DNA of 64,000 nt from Podarcis bocagei (Eukaryota): NCBI GenBank assembly GCA_964188305.1, contig OZ076885.1; one strand, given 5' to 3'. The position numbers and the translations under genes are program-made. Numbering within the stretch: position 1 is the first letter of the stretch; the number at the start of each line of letters is the position of its first letter. Below the pieces are notes generated by a model. The model was not told the DNA's origin and did not search any database. It was given only the letters and a program-made list of their open reading frames with translations. Positions 1 to 12,917 of the stretch are shown piece after piece.

Positions 1-575
1 CCGCACGAGGGGCGCTCTTTAGCAGAGCGCCCCTCGTGCGGGGCAGACATTCACAGCTTGGGGAGCCCTGCAGGACTTCCCCGCAGGGCTCTGCAAGCTG
101 CGGATAGCAGCCTGCTGCCCCTCGCGTGGGGCAGACATTCGCAGCTTGGGGAGCCCTGCAGGAGTTCCCCGCAGGGCTCTCCAAGCGGCGGATAGCAGCC
201 TGCTGCCCCGCACGAGGGGCGCTCTTTAGCAGAGCGCCCCTCGCGCGGGGCAGACATTCACAGCTTGGGGAGCCCTGCAGGAGTTCCCCGCAGGGCTCTC
301 CAAGCTGCGGATAGCAGCCTGCTGCCCCCGCACAGAGCGCCCCTCGCGCGGGGCAGACATTCACAGCTTGGGGAGCCCTGCAGGACTTCCCCGCAGGGCT
401 CTCCAAGCTGCGGATAGCAGCCTGCTGCCCCGCACGAGGGGCGCTCTTTAGCAGAGCGCCCTTCGCGCGGGGCAGACACCTGCAGCTTGGGGAGCCCTGC
501 GGGGAAGTCCTGCAGGGCTCCCCAAGCTGTGAATGTCTGCCCCGCACCGGGCAGCAGGCTGCTATCCGCAGCCTA
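1..575. repeat. GC-rich minisatellite built from two hairpins (unit 88-119 bp)
   Basis: CAGCTTGGGGAGCCCTGC recurs at 54, 142, 261, 364 and 483. Confidence 0.9.
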
Positions 576-879
576 GGCAGCCCTCCGGGAACTCTTCTGA
601 AGGCTGGCGGCGGGACAAGGGCTATTCTTCCCACCGCCAGCCTTCAGAAGGCTGTTCTGAAGGCTGGCGGTGGGGAGAAAAGTCCTTCTTCCCCCGCCAG
701 CCTTCAGAAGAGGTCTGGGGACAGACTATCCCTGGACCTGGTCTGAAGGCGGTCTCCATAGGAACGCATTAATTGATTTTCAATGCATTCCTATGGGAAA
801 CCGTGCTTCGCAAGACGAAAAACTCGCAAGAAGAAAAAACTTGCGGAACGAATTAATTTCGTCTTGCGAGGCACCACTG
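1..879. mobile_element. Right part of a non-autonomous Tc1/mariner(Tigger/pogo)-type element with internal GC-rich hairpin tandem repeats
   Basis: Ends TTCGTCTTGCGAGGCACCACTG|TA, the same terminus as the complete element at 29389-29642; internal repeats 1-575 and 595-716. Confidence 0.75.
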
Positions 880-1901
880 TATTTGACTTTAAATGGCATA
901 GACCATTAGTGGTGTGGTGTCCATTCTGGTGAGGGATAGGAAATAAAGGTGGGGTTTGGCGGTGGTTTTTTTGACAAACAGTTCACTTCAAAGGGCCTAA
1001 TGACAATGATCTTCTATTTTATGGTAGAGAATGGCTATTGGGAATTATTGGATCTGGGTTGTAATAAGTGAGTCCTAGGTACATGGTGGGAGTTGAGGAC
1101 TAGGGTAGCTGATCTTGCATGTGTCAGTAGATGGTGGTGATACTTTTCTCCCATAAATTCTCTGAGCAGTATTTGATAGAGTTGCAGCTGTGTTCACATC
1201 CTTCAGCTGCTTCTACTATGAAATTTGAATGGCATTCTATCACCATGGAGCTCCTACATAAAAATAATCCAGGTGTTGAAGTCAGTTTCTTCAATCAAGG
1301 ACCTAGCTTTGGATTTTGAATGGCATTGAATTTTAAATGTTCAGCTGCGGTGCTATAGTGAAACAAAGTAGTCCTATTTTTTCTTTTTTATTATGAACAG
1401 ATAAGGTGATATTCCATGTTTCCTGCAGTGCTTTGGCAGTTGCACTTGAAGTGTCTCTGTAGTGCAGTCCCCAGAAATTCTTGTTACTGGGAACAGTCTT
1501 CTAACTCCCGTCCTTAGCGAATCATGGAGCATATTTTGAAATCTTAGTGCTCTCTTTGGGGACAGATAATCTCTAGTCCAGGAGGCGTCACAAAGGTCTT
1601 TCTGAACAATCATGTGCAGATAAGTTTGATCAAGGAGCTTGCTGCAGGGCAAAAGCCCACCCTCCTCTTTACTAATCATACTTGTTTTGTGTGCTTGCTC
1701 TGGACTTGAACAGCCTCGAATGCTTCTTTTGCTAACCCTTTGTTTCTTTCCCTCTCTTAGCAGAGTTTTGATTCAAAAGAGCATTCCTTTTTGTTCTGTG
1801 CACCGTAATCTAGGGGGCTGTGATCAGCGGCAGCCGCATGCCTTGTTGCCCACTGGGACAGTGATGATTCTAATACTTGTTCTCTGTTTTGTCTGTCTTA
1901 G

Positions 1902-2009
1902 GCTGACAAACGTGCTCACCACAATGCACTGGAGCGCAAACGTAGGGACCACATTAAGGACAGTTTCCACAGCCTGCGGGACTCTGTGCCATCACTTCAG
2001 GGAGAGAAG
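1902..2009 (+). CDS. MAX: MAX (MYC-associated factor X) coding exon, basic region/helix 1 (equivalent to human exon 3)
   Basis: ttag|GCT...AAG|gtgag; 108 nt; translates [36 protein letters not shown], the MAX bHLH basic region. Confidence 0.98.
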
Positions 2010-3056
2010 GTGAGTTTATTGAGAGAAGTGATGATCTTCCCCTGGGTTCTGTCTGTTAATCACAAAAGAATTGCATCCCAGTCCCATTTTGCCTTAAGTT
2101 TCTGAGCAGGAAGGAGCCAGTGCCAATACAGCTTAGAAGGTACTTCTGCGAAGGTCCCAAAGAGTTTGCATATAGAAATGTTTCTGCTGCTTCAGAAAGC
2201 TAATAGTAAAATGAAGATGAAATATTGTTGTGAGAAGTAACTTACCCTTCCATCAAGCATTTCTAAATAATGGAAAGTCTTTTACCACGTGGCTTCACAG
2301 GCCTGAAGAGATGGTGCTTCTTCCTGATCCATCTACCTCTTCCTTTATGAGGGTGATATAGGACCATTTCATTGGATCTCAGCTTGTGATTAGTCATCTG
2401 TGTTTGCCTTACCCACATTTAAATTTGCTTTTGTTGTAGGGGTGTTTTCAGTTATTTGCCATGAGCACATGACCGCCCCTCAATCTGCGCTTAGAAATAT
2501 TGGCATGTAGAATTTCAGTTTAGGCTTGTGGCAAACAGTTGATACAGGCGTCCTTCAGTCTTGAGAACGAGCAAGCACCCATGAGTAGAGAGATTGTATG
2601 AATTAGCCATAGGTGTGCAGAGAATGTGTGAAGGTTGACGACTTCCTTGCCTTTCTTCTCTATACTTGCAGGTAATGAATAAATAATGCTAGCAGGTAAC
2701 TTTTAGCTTTCCTTAGTGGTAAAGTGGCTGTTCTAAAAAGGAATGAGGAAATTGTGCTCTGTTAATCACCAGTGGTTACAATACCTACAGGGTTTTCTGC
2801 AGAAGCTCAGTACAAGGTACTGAGCTTGATAGGCAACATTTTTTATGTGCAGTCACCTCTGATGACACTGTCCTAGACATTGTCAAGACACACCCACTTA
2901 GTACTCAGGTCATGTAGGCAAAGCTGCCAGAACTCAGGTTTTTATTAATGCTGTGGTATAGTCTGTTTTTATGGTATTTTATTATTTTACCGTAGTATCC
3001 AACTTAACTTTTACTTGGAGGAGACCCACTGAAATTAATTGGTCTACATTGGTTGT

Positions 3057-3671
3057 TAAGGCTGGGCGATTTATCGATACATTGTCCAAAATTAGTTGGA
3101 AGTCCACATTATGTTAAAAGTTTCATAATATTGGACTTGGCGATATATCACAAATCATGATGCGTGTGTGTGCTGTGTAAAAAATTGTGATGTGGGGAAA
3201 ATTGTGAAGCCTGTCATTGCTTCTCTCATGAGGTCTGCCGCCCCTTGTTGCTTTGTACTATAAAATAACAGTTGCAACAGTATGTTAAAGGTAACTAAAT
3301 GTATCCGTTACCCCATTCGCTTCTACATAGTTACAGCCTTATTTCAGACATTGTTATATATCGGTGTATCACAGGGGTCAGCAAACTTTTTCAGCAGACC
3401 TTCCCTCAGACTTTGTGGGGGGCCAGTCTATATTTTTTTGGGGGAAATGAACTAATTCCTATGCCCCACAAATAACCCAGAGATGCATTTTAAATAAAAG
3501 CACACATTATACTCATGTAAAAACATGCTGATTCCCGGACCGTCCACAGGCTGGATTTAGAAGGTGATTGGGCCGGATCTGGACCCCGGGCCTTAGTTTG
3601 CCTACCCATGGTGTATAGTAATGCTTATCTGGTGATATGTCATTTTGAAAAACAGACATCTCTCAGCCCTA
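3057..3671. mobile_element. Decayed hAT-type non-autonomous element (TA(A/G)GGCTGGGCGAT...CAGCCCTA)
   Basis: Imperfect TIRs; degenerate 8-bp TSD ttggttgt/ttggtcat. Confidence 0.6.
3372..3610. mobile_element. hAT/Charlie-like MITE nested in the previous element
   Basis: CAGGGGTCAGCAAACT...AGTTTGCCTACCCATG termini; flanks gtgtatca/gtgtatag. Confidence 0.65.
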
Positions 3672-6600
3672 TTGGTCATGTTCATGAATTTCATTGGGTT
3701 TACTCTTACGTATGACTAATGTTGGATACATTTCTGTATTTAATGTGTTACTTTATAAGGCTATGTACACACAGTAAATTAAAAGTACAGGATTCCCCAC
3801 CCAGTTGCTGGGAACTGTAGCTTATCCCTCCCAGAGTTACAATTTCCAGTACCCTTAACAAACTGCAGTTGCCAACATTCTTTGGGGATTCAAAGTCATG
3901 TGCTTCAAATGTATGGCATGTACACAGCCTAAATTGTTGTGACTTTGACTCATAAAGGTGGCCTATAAATGTTTCTAAATAATAAATAAATGAATGTTAG
4001 TTAAAATATGTGGCCTGCTTTTCTGCTTTTTGAATTCCCCTTTGAGGTTAGTGCAAGCTTCTGAGTAATGCGCCTGGAATTTTATGCCCTGTTTGGGGAG
4101 ATTGATTGGCAGGGTTTCTTTATGGTGATGTCAACCCCATTGGAGTTCAAAATATTTGAAAGCCATGTTGCTTATATTGTTCTGCATATCTGGGATGCAG
4201 TGACAGCATGGGGTCAACACCAGTTTCTGTTTAATACATAAAAATGACATAAGCCTATTGTTGAACCCTAGCAGTGGTATTTTACCACTTAAACACTTTA
4301 GTTACAATTTATTTGATGAACATCTGACTGAATTTTCTAATGCACATCCACATTCTCGTACAAAGCCTACTAAACATTTGGGGTTTGGGTTTATTTGCAA
4401 ATTCGATAAACTTTTGAAGGGAATATCTCACACACTGTACATATGTTGGAACCTATACAGTGGTACCTCAGGTTACATACGCTAACAATCAAATAAACAA
4501 TAATGGGAGCTTATTGTCTCCCAGGTTAGAATTCATAAACACCTCTAGCAGAATATGCTTTTATTGTTGACAACAGGAGTTCATTAGAAAGAAATGAGAA
4601 AATGGCGCATGCAGTGTCCCCCCCCCCAAATGTTGAGAATTAAAAAGTAAATTGAATTAAAATTTGTACTATGTAGCAATAATAATAAATAACATTTACA
4701 TATTGCTTTCAAGTGTTTAAAGCACTTCATATGCATTATAAAATTTTCATATTTACAACAGTTGGTATATCTCCCACCACCCAACCCCACCTCTGCAAAA
4801 TGGGGGATGAAACAGAGCCACATAGTGAAAGTCAAACCAAGATCTTCTGACTGGCTTGGAGAGTGGCATTTTTGCAAGCAAAATTAACATAGTAGAGCAG
4901 GCTGGACAATGAAGAAATGTTTCATTATACTGGGACCATGAACCATAAAGTACCAAGTTGATGCATGCAGGTGCTGGGGGAAGTAGAGTCACTTGGATTA
5001 ATTACTAAAAGTGACATATTTGCTGCTGTTTCTCATTTGCTAATTGTAGAGACTGTCTTGCCCAACCTTAATTGCATTCTGAAGAAATGCTGCAGCCATC
5101 AGTAGAAGAAGAAATGGGCAAATTCCAGTAAAAAAAGGTATTTCCAAGTCCCATTAACTTTAATGAGAGGGTTAAGGACACACTTAACTTGTCCACCAAA
5201 CTCAGTGGGACATATAACTTTTGTCAGGTTATACACAGTGCCAGGAAATATTAAGAAAGAACATGATAGATGTGGGTCAATATAAATGCTGCACATTTTA
5301 TGATACATTCATGTACGACCAAATGTTCCTGGAGCACTGGTAGAGAGGGACAATACATTTAGTGGCAGGACAAGACTGAGAAAGAATGTTGGCATTGTTG
5401 CCACATCAGAAATGAAACCTTTTTAAAAAAACCAACCACAGAGCTTATGCCTGCCTAACTACGTTTCTCTGTGATTGCATTATTCTTTAGCTTAGAGCTG
5501 TGTGTTCCTGTTATAAAAACCAGAAGAAAATGTTAAAAACAGGAATATCTGTTGGCAAATACAAATGTGACTATTCAAAAATTAAATACAAATATGTGTA
5601 TTATTGCCTCTTGTCTGCCATCTTATTGCACCACCATAAATATCCTCCTTCTTTAAATGTTTGCAATTTGAAAATGAAACTAAAACTTAACTGCATATCA
5701 GCATTGTTTTTGTGTTATGCAGCTGTTTAGCTAACAATGATACTTTAAAATAGGCCTGCTTTTTGTTTTCTTTCTTTAATAAACAGTTTTTTACAGGTGA
5801 TAGGGGTGTGCTTTGCCAGCCTTGCTGCTTCCATTCAGGAACAGTGTGAAGCTACTGAATACGTAACCGAGCTCAAGTATTGCTGTCCAAATCTGTAGAC
5901 CACTTAGAGGTTATTACAATTAAGCAGTATACAAATCTCGTAAAATAGATGCAACTTTCTATGCAAGGGACCCTGGCCCTCTAAAATCTGCCATAGCTGC
6001 TTATTCAGGTTTGAGCTTCACATATTTTAATGAGAGCCATGATGTCTTTCATAAAACATCTTCAGATAAAGCGCACATGATATAATTTTAGTCCTGCTTA
6101 CAAGGGGAAATTGAAGCCCATCAAAACAAAGCAGTTCCAACCAGTCCTTTGGACAGTACAGCCTGCCTCCTTGACCTTCCATAGGGCAGGTTTGTCTGAT
6201 CCAGCAGCATCCAGTAATGGAGAGAGCCTTCCCTCAAAAATGCCTTCAGACTAGGTTCTCCTTCCTTTTCTTTCCAGTCTCCAGTTGAAGCCATCAGCAG
6301 CCCTTTTTCTTATTTCTCATCCCACTTGAGTCTTCCAGTCAGTAACTTCAGTATAAATATGAGTACTGCATTAAAAATATACATGCATATATAGTCTACA
6401 AGCAGCTTTGAAAAACTTTCCAAGAACATTTTACGAACCTGAGTTCTTATGAGAGCAGGTAAGCAATTGCCTTGTATAGCTTCAGGCTGCTGCTGAGTTA
6501 GATGGCCAGCATTTTGCAGTCCCAGTTGCTGAGCGAAAACGTAAGCCAGGAGAAGTATAGGTGCAGCAGAGCACTGCATTATTGTTTTAGGATGGTATCC

Positions 6601-7340
6601 AGTGGTGTTCATACAAGAGTAGAGAGGACTTTTGCTCATGCCATGGGCCTTCCTATTCCTGTTCCTCTCCTTCCACCTACATGCCCCAAAATCATCTTTG
6701 GGGGCTGGGGGAGGACCCTCTGGATCCATTCAGAGGATGGAGGACAAGGGGTCCCACAATGTGAGCAAAGATTTGGTAGCACAGTGTTGAATTTTGCTGT
6801 TAAGTGATCTGAGTGTCTGTTTTGATGGTCAGGGAACATTATGCTCAGATGCCAATAATGTGGGAATAATTTGCATTTTGCTTTATCTCTATGGAGGAAA
6901 ACAGCAGATTGTTCTGTGGGTACTGAATAGCAGTTGGAAGACTCTACTTTGCTGAAAGAGTTCTTGTGAGCAGAAGGATTTGTTTGCAGAATTGCTGGCA
7001 TGGGGAATGATCCAAGTCTATAGCTCCCTGTAGGACTTTCATTGATTGCTCCATCTGGTGTTGCTTTAGTACTGGGAACAGGTGTCATTAGTACAATTGA
7101 TTCAGGAGCTCAGTATAGTGGGATTGGAAAACAGTTAACATATTCTGAGTCTCAAAGCTGCTTTCTCTAGTGCTGAACTTTTTGCAAGTATTACATGGAC
7201 TTCAAGATTGAACCTAAGTCAAATGTGGACTGGGTTGAGGAATCAGTTCTCTAGCCTCCCTGCAGAAGGGAATATCAGACTTGCTGCCTACGTGAACTAG
7301 GACTTTATCTGGTGTGTGTTTTTTCCTACTATTGCAACAG

Positions 7341-7464
7341 GCATCCCGGGCCCAAATCCTAGATAAAGCCACAGAGTACATCCAGTACATGCGTCGGAAA
7401 AACCACACACACCAGCAGGACATTGATGACTTAAAGCGCCAGAACGCCCTGCTGGAGCAGCAAG
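7341..7464 (+). CDS. MAX: MAX coding exon, helix 2/leucine zipper
   Basis: acag|GCA...CAAG|gtgagt; 124 nt; [41 protein letters not shown]. Confidence 0.98.
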
Positions 7465-9177
7465 GTGAGTGAGGCTGCGTTAGGGCACTCCATGTGCCAT
7501 CTTATGGATAAGGATACTGTGCCACCTCTCAACAAAACCCTCTGCTATCTGTGTTTCTCTGCCAGGGAAGCTTCCCCAACCTGGTGCCTTCAAGATGTCT
7601 TGGTCTACAACTCCCAGCCTGCATATCTTTGCTGGCTGGGGCTGATGGGAGTTAGTCCAAGAAACCTGAAGGAAACCAAGTTGGGGTGACTGCTGTAAGG
7701 TGTCCATTGATCAGGAACCCATGAAGTAAGGCTGTGGTTGGAGTGAGAAGATCCAAAGTTTTGCACATTGGCAATGAAGCCATTGAATACTGTCATTCAA
7801 AACAGCCCAAGGATTGGGGTTTGTTCTGAGGAGTCTTTCTCCCTTGCCTAAGATGTACAGTTTATGCCAGGATGGTGATTATGGTGGGATCTTTTGATGG
7901 AACATTGTAAGTGAGTGGCATGTTCCTGTTTTGAAGCATACAAAGTTTTCTCAAGCCAAATAATTATGACATATTTAAAGCAGACTGATAAGTTGCTGCT
8001 CACAAGGGAGGACTAATGGTTGCCACTAGGCAGAAGTATAAGTAGCAAGTTTCACAGTGCTGGGGTGTGGGTGGGTGGGTGCGCGCGCGCATGCGTATGT
8101 ACACATACACACACACACAGAGGATTTATCAAACCTTAAAGCCCAACTTCCCTGCCCCTCTGCTTCTGACACTGGGAACAGGGGGCATAAAACAACCCAA
8201 TAATAGTTAATTGCAAAGGTGTATTGATGGAAGATTCATAGTCTAGCACTGAACTACACTGGTTCATTTCAGAGTGCAGCAGGCATTTGTTAGATTTTTT
8301 TTGCTCCACTTCTCCTGTTCCAAAAGGAAACACAAGGCAGCTTACATAACTAAAACTAAATATACAATCAAAATTCAGTTATGGAAACAGTTGAGTAAAA
8401 GAGCAACAGACAAACAATTAAAGAGCCAGTGAACCAACAGCCATTGCTAATTTGCAGGCAAGTTGAAAGCTTGCTAAAAAAATGAATGCTTTGATGGGCA
8501 GCAGAATAATTTTAAAAATGGAACCAAACTTCCCAAGACAGAGAGTTCTACATTCTGTGTGTAACCAGAAGGCTCTCTCTTGTGCATTGATGACTTAAAG
8601 TGCCAGAGTGTCCTGGCTAGGACACACATATGGGCCATGGGCTGAGCTGTCAACAGTATGGCAAAAACTGGAATTACTGTACATGGCTAACTTAGGTCCA
8701 TTCATTTCAGTGGGTTTACTCTGAGTAGAACTTAGTTGGGTTCAGTCCTATGATACAAACAGAAAAGAGAGGGATGAATTTCCCCATAACATACTTTCAC
8801 TAATCTTTCTGAAAAAATATAATTTATTTCACATAATATTTCCCAAACTTATGACTGTTTTTTTATCAGACCTTAGGAAAAAGTGGTATATTTCCAAAAC
8901 TTTCTCAATCTTCCCCCAGTTTGGGCCTTAACATCTTTAGAGGTACCAATCTTAGTTATAGAACTGAAAAATACTTGGGAAGCTTCTTAATTTTGATTTT
9001 TAAAATTGTATTTATACTACCTTATTAACTACATTTAGTTTTTAAAAAGCAGGGTATGCCAATCAATAACATTCTGTCAGCCAAGTGTTAAGATCACCAA
9101 CATGAGAGCATGTTCGTGTTATGTGCAACACCTACTTTTCCCCAGCCTATTTCCATATGCTTGTTCTTGCCTTTTAG

Positions 9178-9365
9178 TTCGTGCCCTGGAGAAGGCAAGG
9201 TCAAGTGCTCAGCTGCAGGCCAACTATTCCTCTTCAGACAACAGCCTCTACACCAATCCCAAGGGCAGCACCATCTCCGCCTTTGATGGAGGCTCCGACT
9301 CCAGTTCGGAGTCTGAGCTGGAAGAGCCACAGAGCCGGAAGAAGCTTCGTATGGAGGCCAGCTAG
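9178..9365 (+). CDS. MAX: MAX last coding exon (acidic region, NLS, stop)
   Basis: tttag|TT CGT...; (V)[61 protein letters not shown]; TAG ends 9365. Confidence 0.97.
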
Positions 9366-10427
9366 AAGAGGCCCCTGTTCCCGCTGCCATTAGACACTCG
9401 CTGGCTGCTTAAGGACTTTCCTTTTTTTTCTTTAGTAGAGGCTCTCGGACTGCAGCTTCCCCTGTTCCTTGCCCCTATGTGGCCCCTTTTGAGTTAACCC
9501 AACCCCTTGGCTTGGCAGCTTACCTTCTGGAAGACACCGGCCATAGCTTGGAGCAGGATGTAGTTTTGTCTTGTCCTGCCTCATGGCTGCAAGTTCTAGT
9601 GTCAGGAATGCCCAGGCCATTCGATGAACTCATGAGTCTATGGTTGCCTGGACTCTGTGGTGACAATGACCCCTCCATCCTTTCACTAGAGCCACACCAG
9701 TCACTGTCTCATCAAAATATGTTTATTTATGACAACAAAGCCAAATGTCCCCTGAAGGATCTTGGTGGGGGAAGGGAATCATGCAGATCCATGCGAGTGC
9801 ATGTCCCTAGTTTCCTGAAGGGATGGTGCAGGATTCAGGGTGAAGCAGGGAGATGGATTTCCTTTTTGTACTTTGGCAAGTGATTAATTGGTATTTATTT
9901 CCTTCTATGGAAACTCAATCCGATCAGATTCCTCCTCTTGCTGCGGACATTGGTGACATGACGCTACAGATTCATACCGTGATCAGTTCTTCCCTCTTAA
10001 TGAATTTCTCAGAATTAGAGCCAGCTTTTATAATGTAAATACACACCACAAGCTTTGTTACTTGGTACTAATAACTGCATCAAAGCGTGGACCTCCTGCC
10101 CTCTGGCAAATGGGCCAGTTACCCCATAACGACTTAAATGGGCACAGGCTGTGAGTGAGCAAAGGCCACTGTGTGTATGTGTGCATGTGCACGCACATGT
10201 GCATGAGTGTGCATATGCGTGTGTGTGTGTGTGCGTGTGTCGGTGTGTGTGACCTTATATTTTTGTCTTCTTCCCACTCTTGTTTGTGACGTTTTCTGAA
10301 TTTAGTGTATACAAGTGTAGCTTGGTCTCTGTCCAGGTGTGAGTCTATTCCATGAACTGAAGTATGTTGTACATACTGCCCAAGAATTGTCTTGCAAGTT
10401 AAGGCTTCCCTTTACTATAAGACTATA

Positions 10428-10433
10428 AATAAA
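10428..10433 (+). terminator. MAX: Probable MAX polyadenylation signal (3' UTR about 9366-10450)
   Basis: AATAAA followed by T/GT-rich downstream sequence, about 1.06 kb after the stop. Confidence 0.75.
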
Positions 10434-12917
10434 AAAGTATTTTATCCTTTTGAGTGGTACTGGTGTCTTTGTGGAAACCGATAGGGGCGGGTATGCCTCT
10501 TGGCAGTTTTGCTTCCACTTTTCTGACGTTAGAGACAGAAGAATTTCTATTCCCACGTGAGAAAAGGCTTAACCTGTTGAAATAGAATTATGAGCAAGGC
10601 TTCACAGGCAAACTCAACATTTATTTAAGATCTCCAAATCTTGTACTTCTCCAAAATGCTGATACAGGGGAGTTACCGTAAAGTGCTTCTGTACTTTTAG
10701 TAAGTTGATCAAATAAAGGAAGAGCTTTGCATGTATATCTCTTCTAGTAGGATAAGAAAGATTGCCTCTGCTACATGTTTTCAATTGCACATACTACCCC
10801 AAAACCAATGGGGTGGGGGGAGAATGGCTGTTTCCCTTTGTTTTGAGGGCAGCATGTTTTGAGCTGCAGCTTGTCACATAATGGTGAGAAATATCTTTCT
10901 ACAATTAAGAAAGATGGAGGTCTTATTTGTGAGTGGTGCTATCTCAGAATGGTTCTTTGGGCCAAATGAGTAGACACCTTTGCAGAAAGATGCTGATAAA
11001 AAAACAAGCAGGTGGCTAAAATGGTCCTGTGTCACACACACATATGTAACAGGAAATGGCAAGAGTTGCTTCCTAGTTTCAGTGTGAAATATTGCAACAT
11101 TTCTGGTCCTGGGTGCTTTCTCCTCTTGGGCGGCAGCACTCTCAGCAACAGCCCCACATGTGCAGGGAGTGCAGGAGGCATCACTAGGATTTTGCTCAGT
11201 TTTTGGACATACACAAGCTTTGTACGAGGTACAGCATCTGGCTTGTTGGTGCAGTTCTAAAAGCCACAAAATGGGTGCTAGCAGTTTCTCACCTCTTGAA
11301 ATTCAGAAGGTGACAGGCTTTTGGCTGCAGGGCAGCAGTGTCACCGCCTCTGCACACACTACTGATGGCGTATGCAAGAAGGGTGGGGGTGGGGCATCTG
11401 GAACAATAGTTAAGCAGGAAGAGGGATCCAGGAAGCACTTCCTCTTGCAGCTCAACTCATTGGTAGCTGGAAGCTGGCCTTGATCTGTAACAATCAGATC
11501 AGCAGAACACCAGCTTTAACGCCCTGTAACCTCAGCCATACAAGGAAGGTTAATGGTTTTTTTTACAGGCAGAATTCTCTGGCTCGCTCTTGACTTGGTT
11601 TTAAGCTTCCCCCCCTTTAAACCATGTAGAACTCAAGGCTCTCAAAAAGTCCCTTAGGTTCTAACCTAGAATGCAGGCCAGTCTCTGACCAAAGGCTACA
11701 CTAGAGAGGAGTCTGTACTTTTTCAAAGTGCAGATGGGGACAATCCCATTTTAAAAGTTCCTGTGACAACAGGATCTTGCATGTAAGTTTAGCCATCTTG
11801 AGATGCAATGAAAATATGTTACAATTTTCTTCCATTAAGGAATGGTAAGAAGACACCGCTGTTCGGCTTCACCGAACAGAAAGATCAGCGCTGCTTTATG
11901 GCTGTGGTTATAGTCCACCCCACTATTGCTGATTGTGCAAAGCTACCTATACAGCAGCCAGTTGCCCTTTGTCACATTTGCAACAGGGATGGGGAACTTG
12001 TGACTCGCTCCTGTTGTTGGGCTCCCATCAGCCCCAACCCAGCCAGCACAGCCAATGGTTAAGGGTAATGGGAGTTGTAGTTCAACATTTGGGAGGATAC
12101 ATACAGGTTTCCCATTCCTGTTCTACAGCTTTCTACCAATTAAACCTATTATTACCCTAATTTGCAGTGGATGGCAACACTGTTCTAGTAATTGCTATCT
12201 AGTCAGCAGTTCTTCAGTAAGAGCATACCTTTGCTATATATGCATAAACATCTCCCTGGAAATCACATTTCCCACAAGGGGAATGAAGTTGCTTTTAACA
12301 ACCCTGCCTCCTAAGCACCCTTTTCACTACTACCTAAAAAGTTATATTGTTCAGTGCCTCCCCCCCACCCTCATGGAAGTAGCTTGCAGCGTGTCTTCTC
12401 TTCAGATTGGTCAAGATTTTGAAGACTTAATGAAGAAGCTATGATCCCTTCAAGAGAAGAGGTAGGCAGGGCTGAGTTTTGCACCAAAGAAACTCAAATT
12501 TAGAGTCCAGAAAGCTGGATTGTGAACACTCTTGTAGTGTATTGCCCAAATCAATGTGCGTCTAACACCACCTGCTGTAATTTATGCCACTTTTAGGCAA
12601 CGGAGGTAGCTTTAAATTCACTGGATGTCCTGAAATTCTCTTAGTATCCCTCTGCCTTAAGAAATATCACCAAGCATTGCCCAGCCATTTTACACCTATC
12701 CTTGCAGCCTTCATGTGTGCACCCAATACCAAATTCTAAAGCTTTTCTGTGTTTGCATGGAATCAAAGCACATAACGTACAATCCTACTAGCAATTTTGC
12801 AAGCTACTGGCAATTTTCATCCAGCAGTTTAAACACACTTTAATTCTCTCCCCAAAGTACCAGTTTGGCCCACAAAGCTGCTTTTATACATGTGCTTAGG
12901 ATGGTTGCAAAGTTGTG

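Noticed and set aside
1-716. Regularly spaced palindromic repeats (also 16235-16480) superficially like a CRISPR array
   Set aside because: No unique spacers, eukaryotic intron context, no cas genes; they lie inside transposon termini
880-1900. MAX exons 1-2
   Set aside because: No MSDNDDIEVESD or EEQPRFQSA coding sequence found; presumed upstream of the window
1861-1906. C-box-like GTGATGA with downstream CTGA (possible C/D snoRNA)
   Set aside because: The D box would fall inside the MAX exon, the spacing is too short and there is no terminal stem
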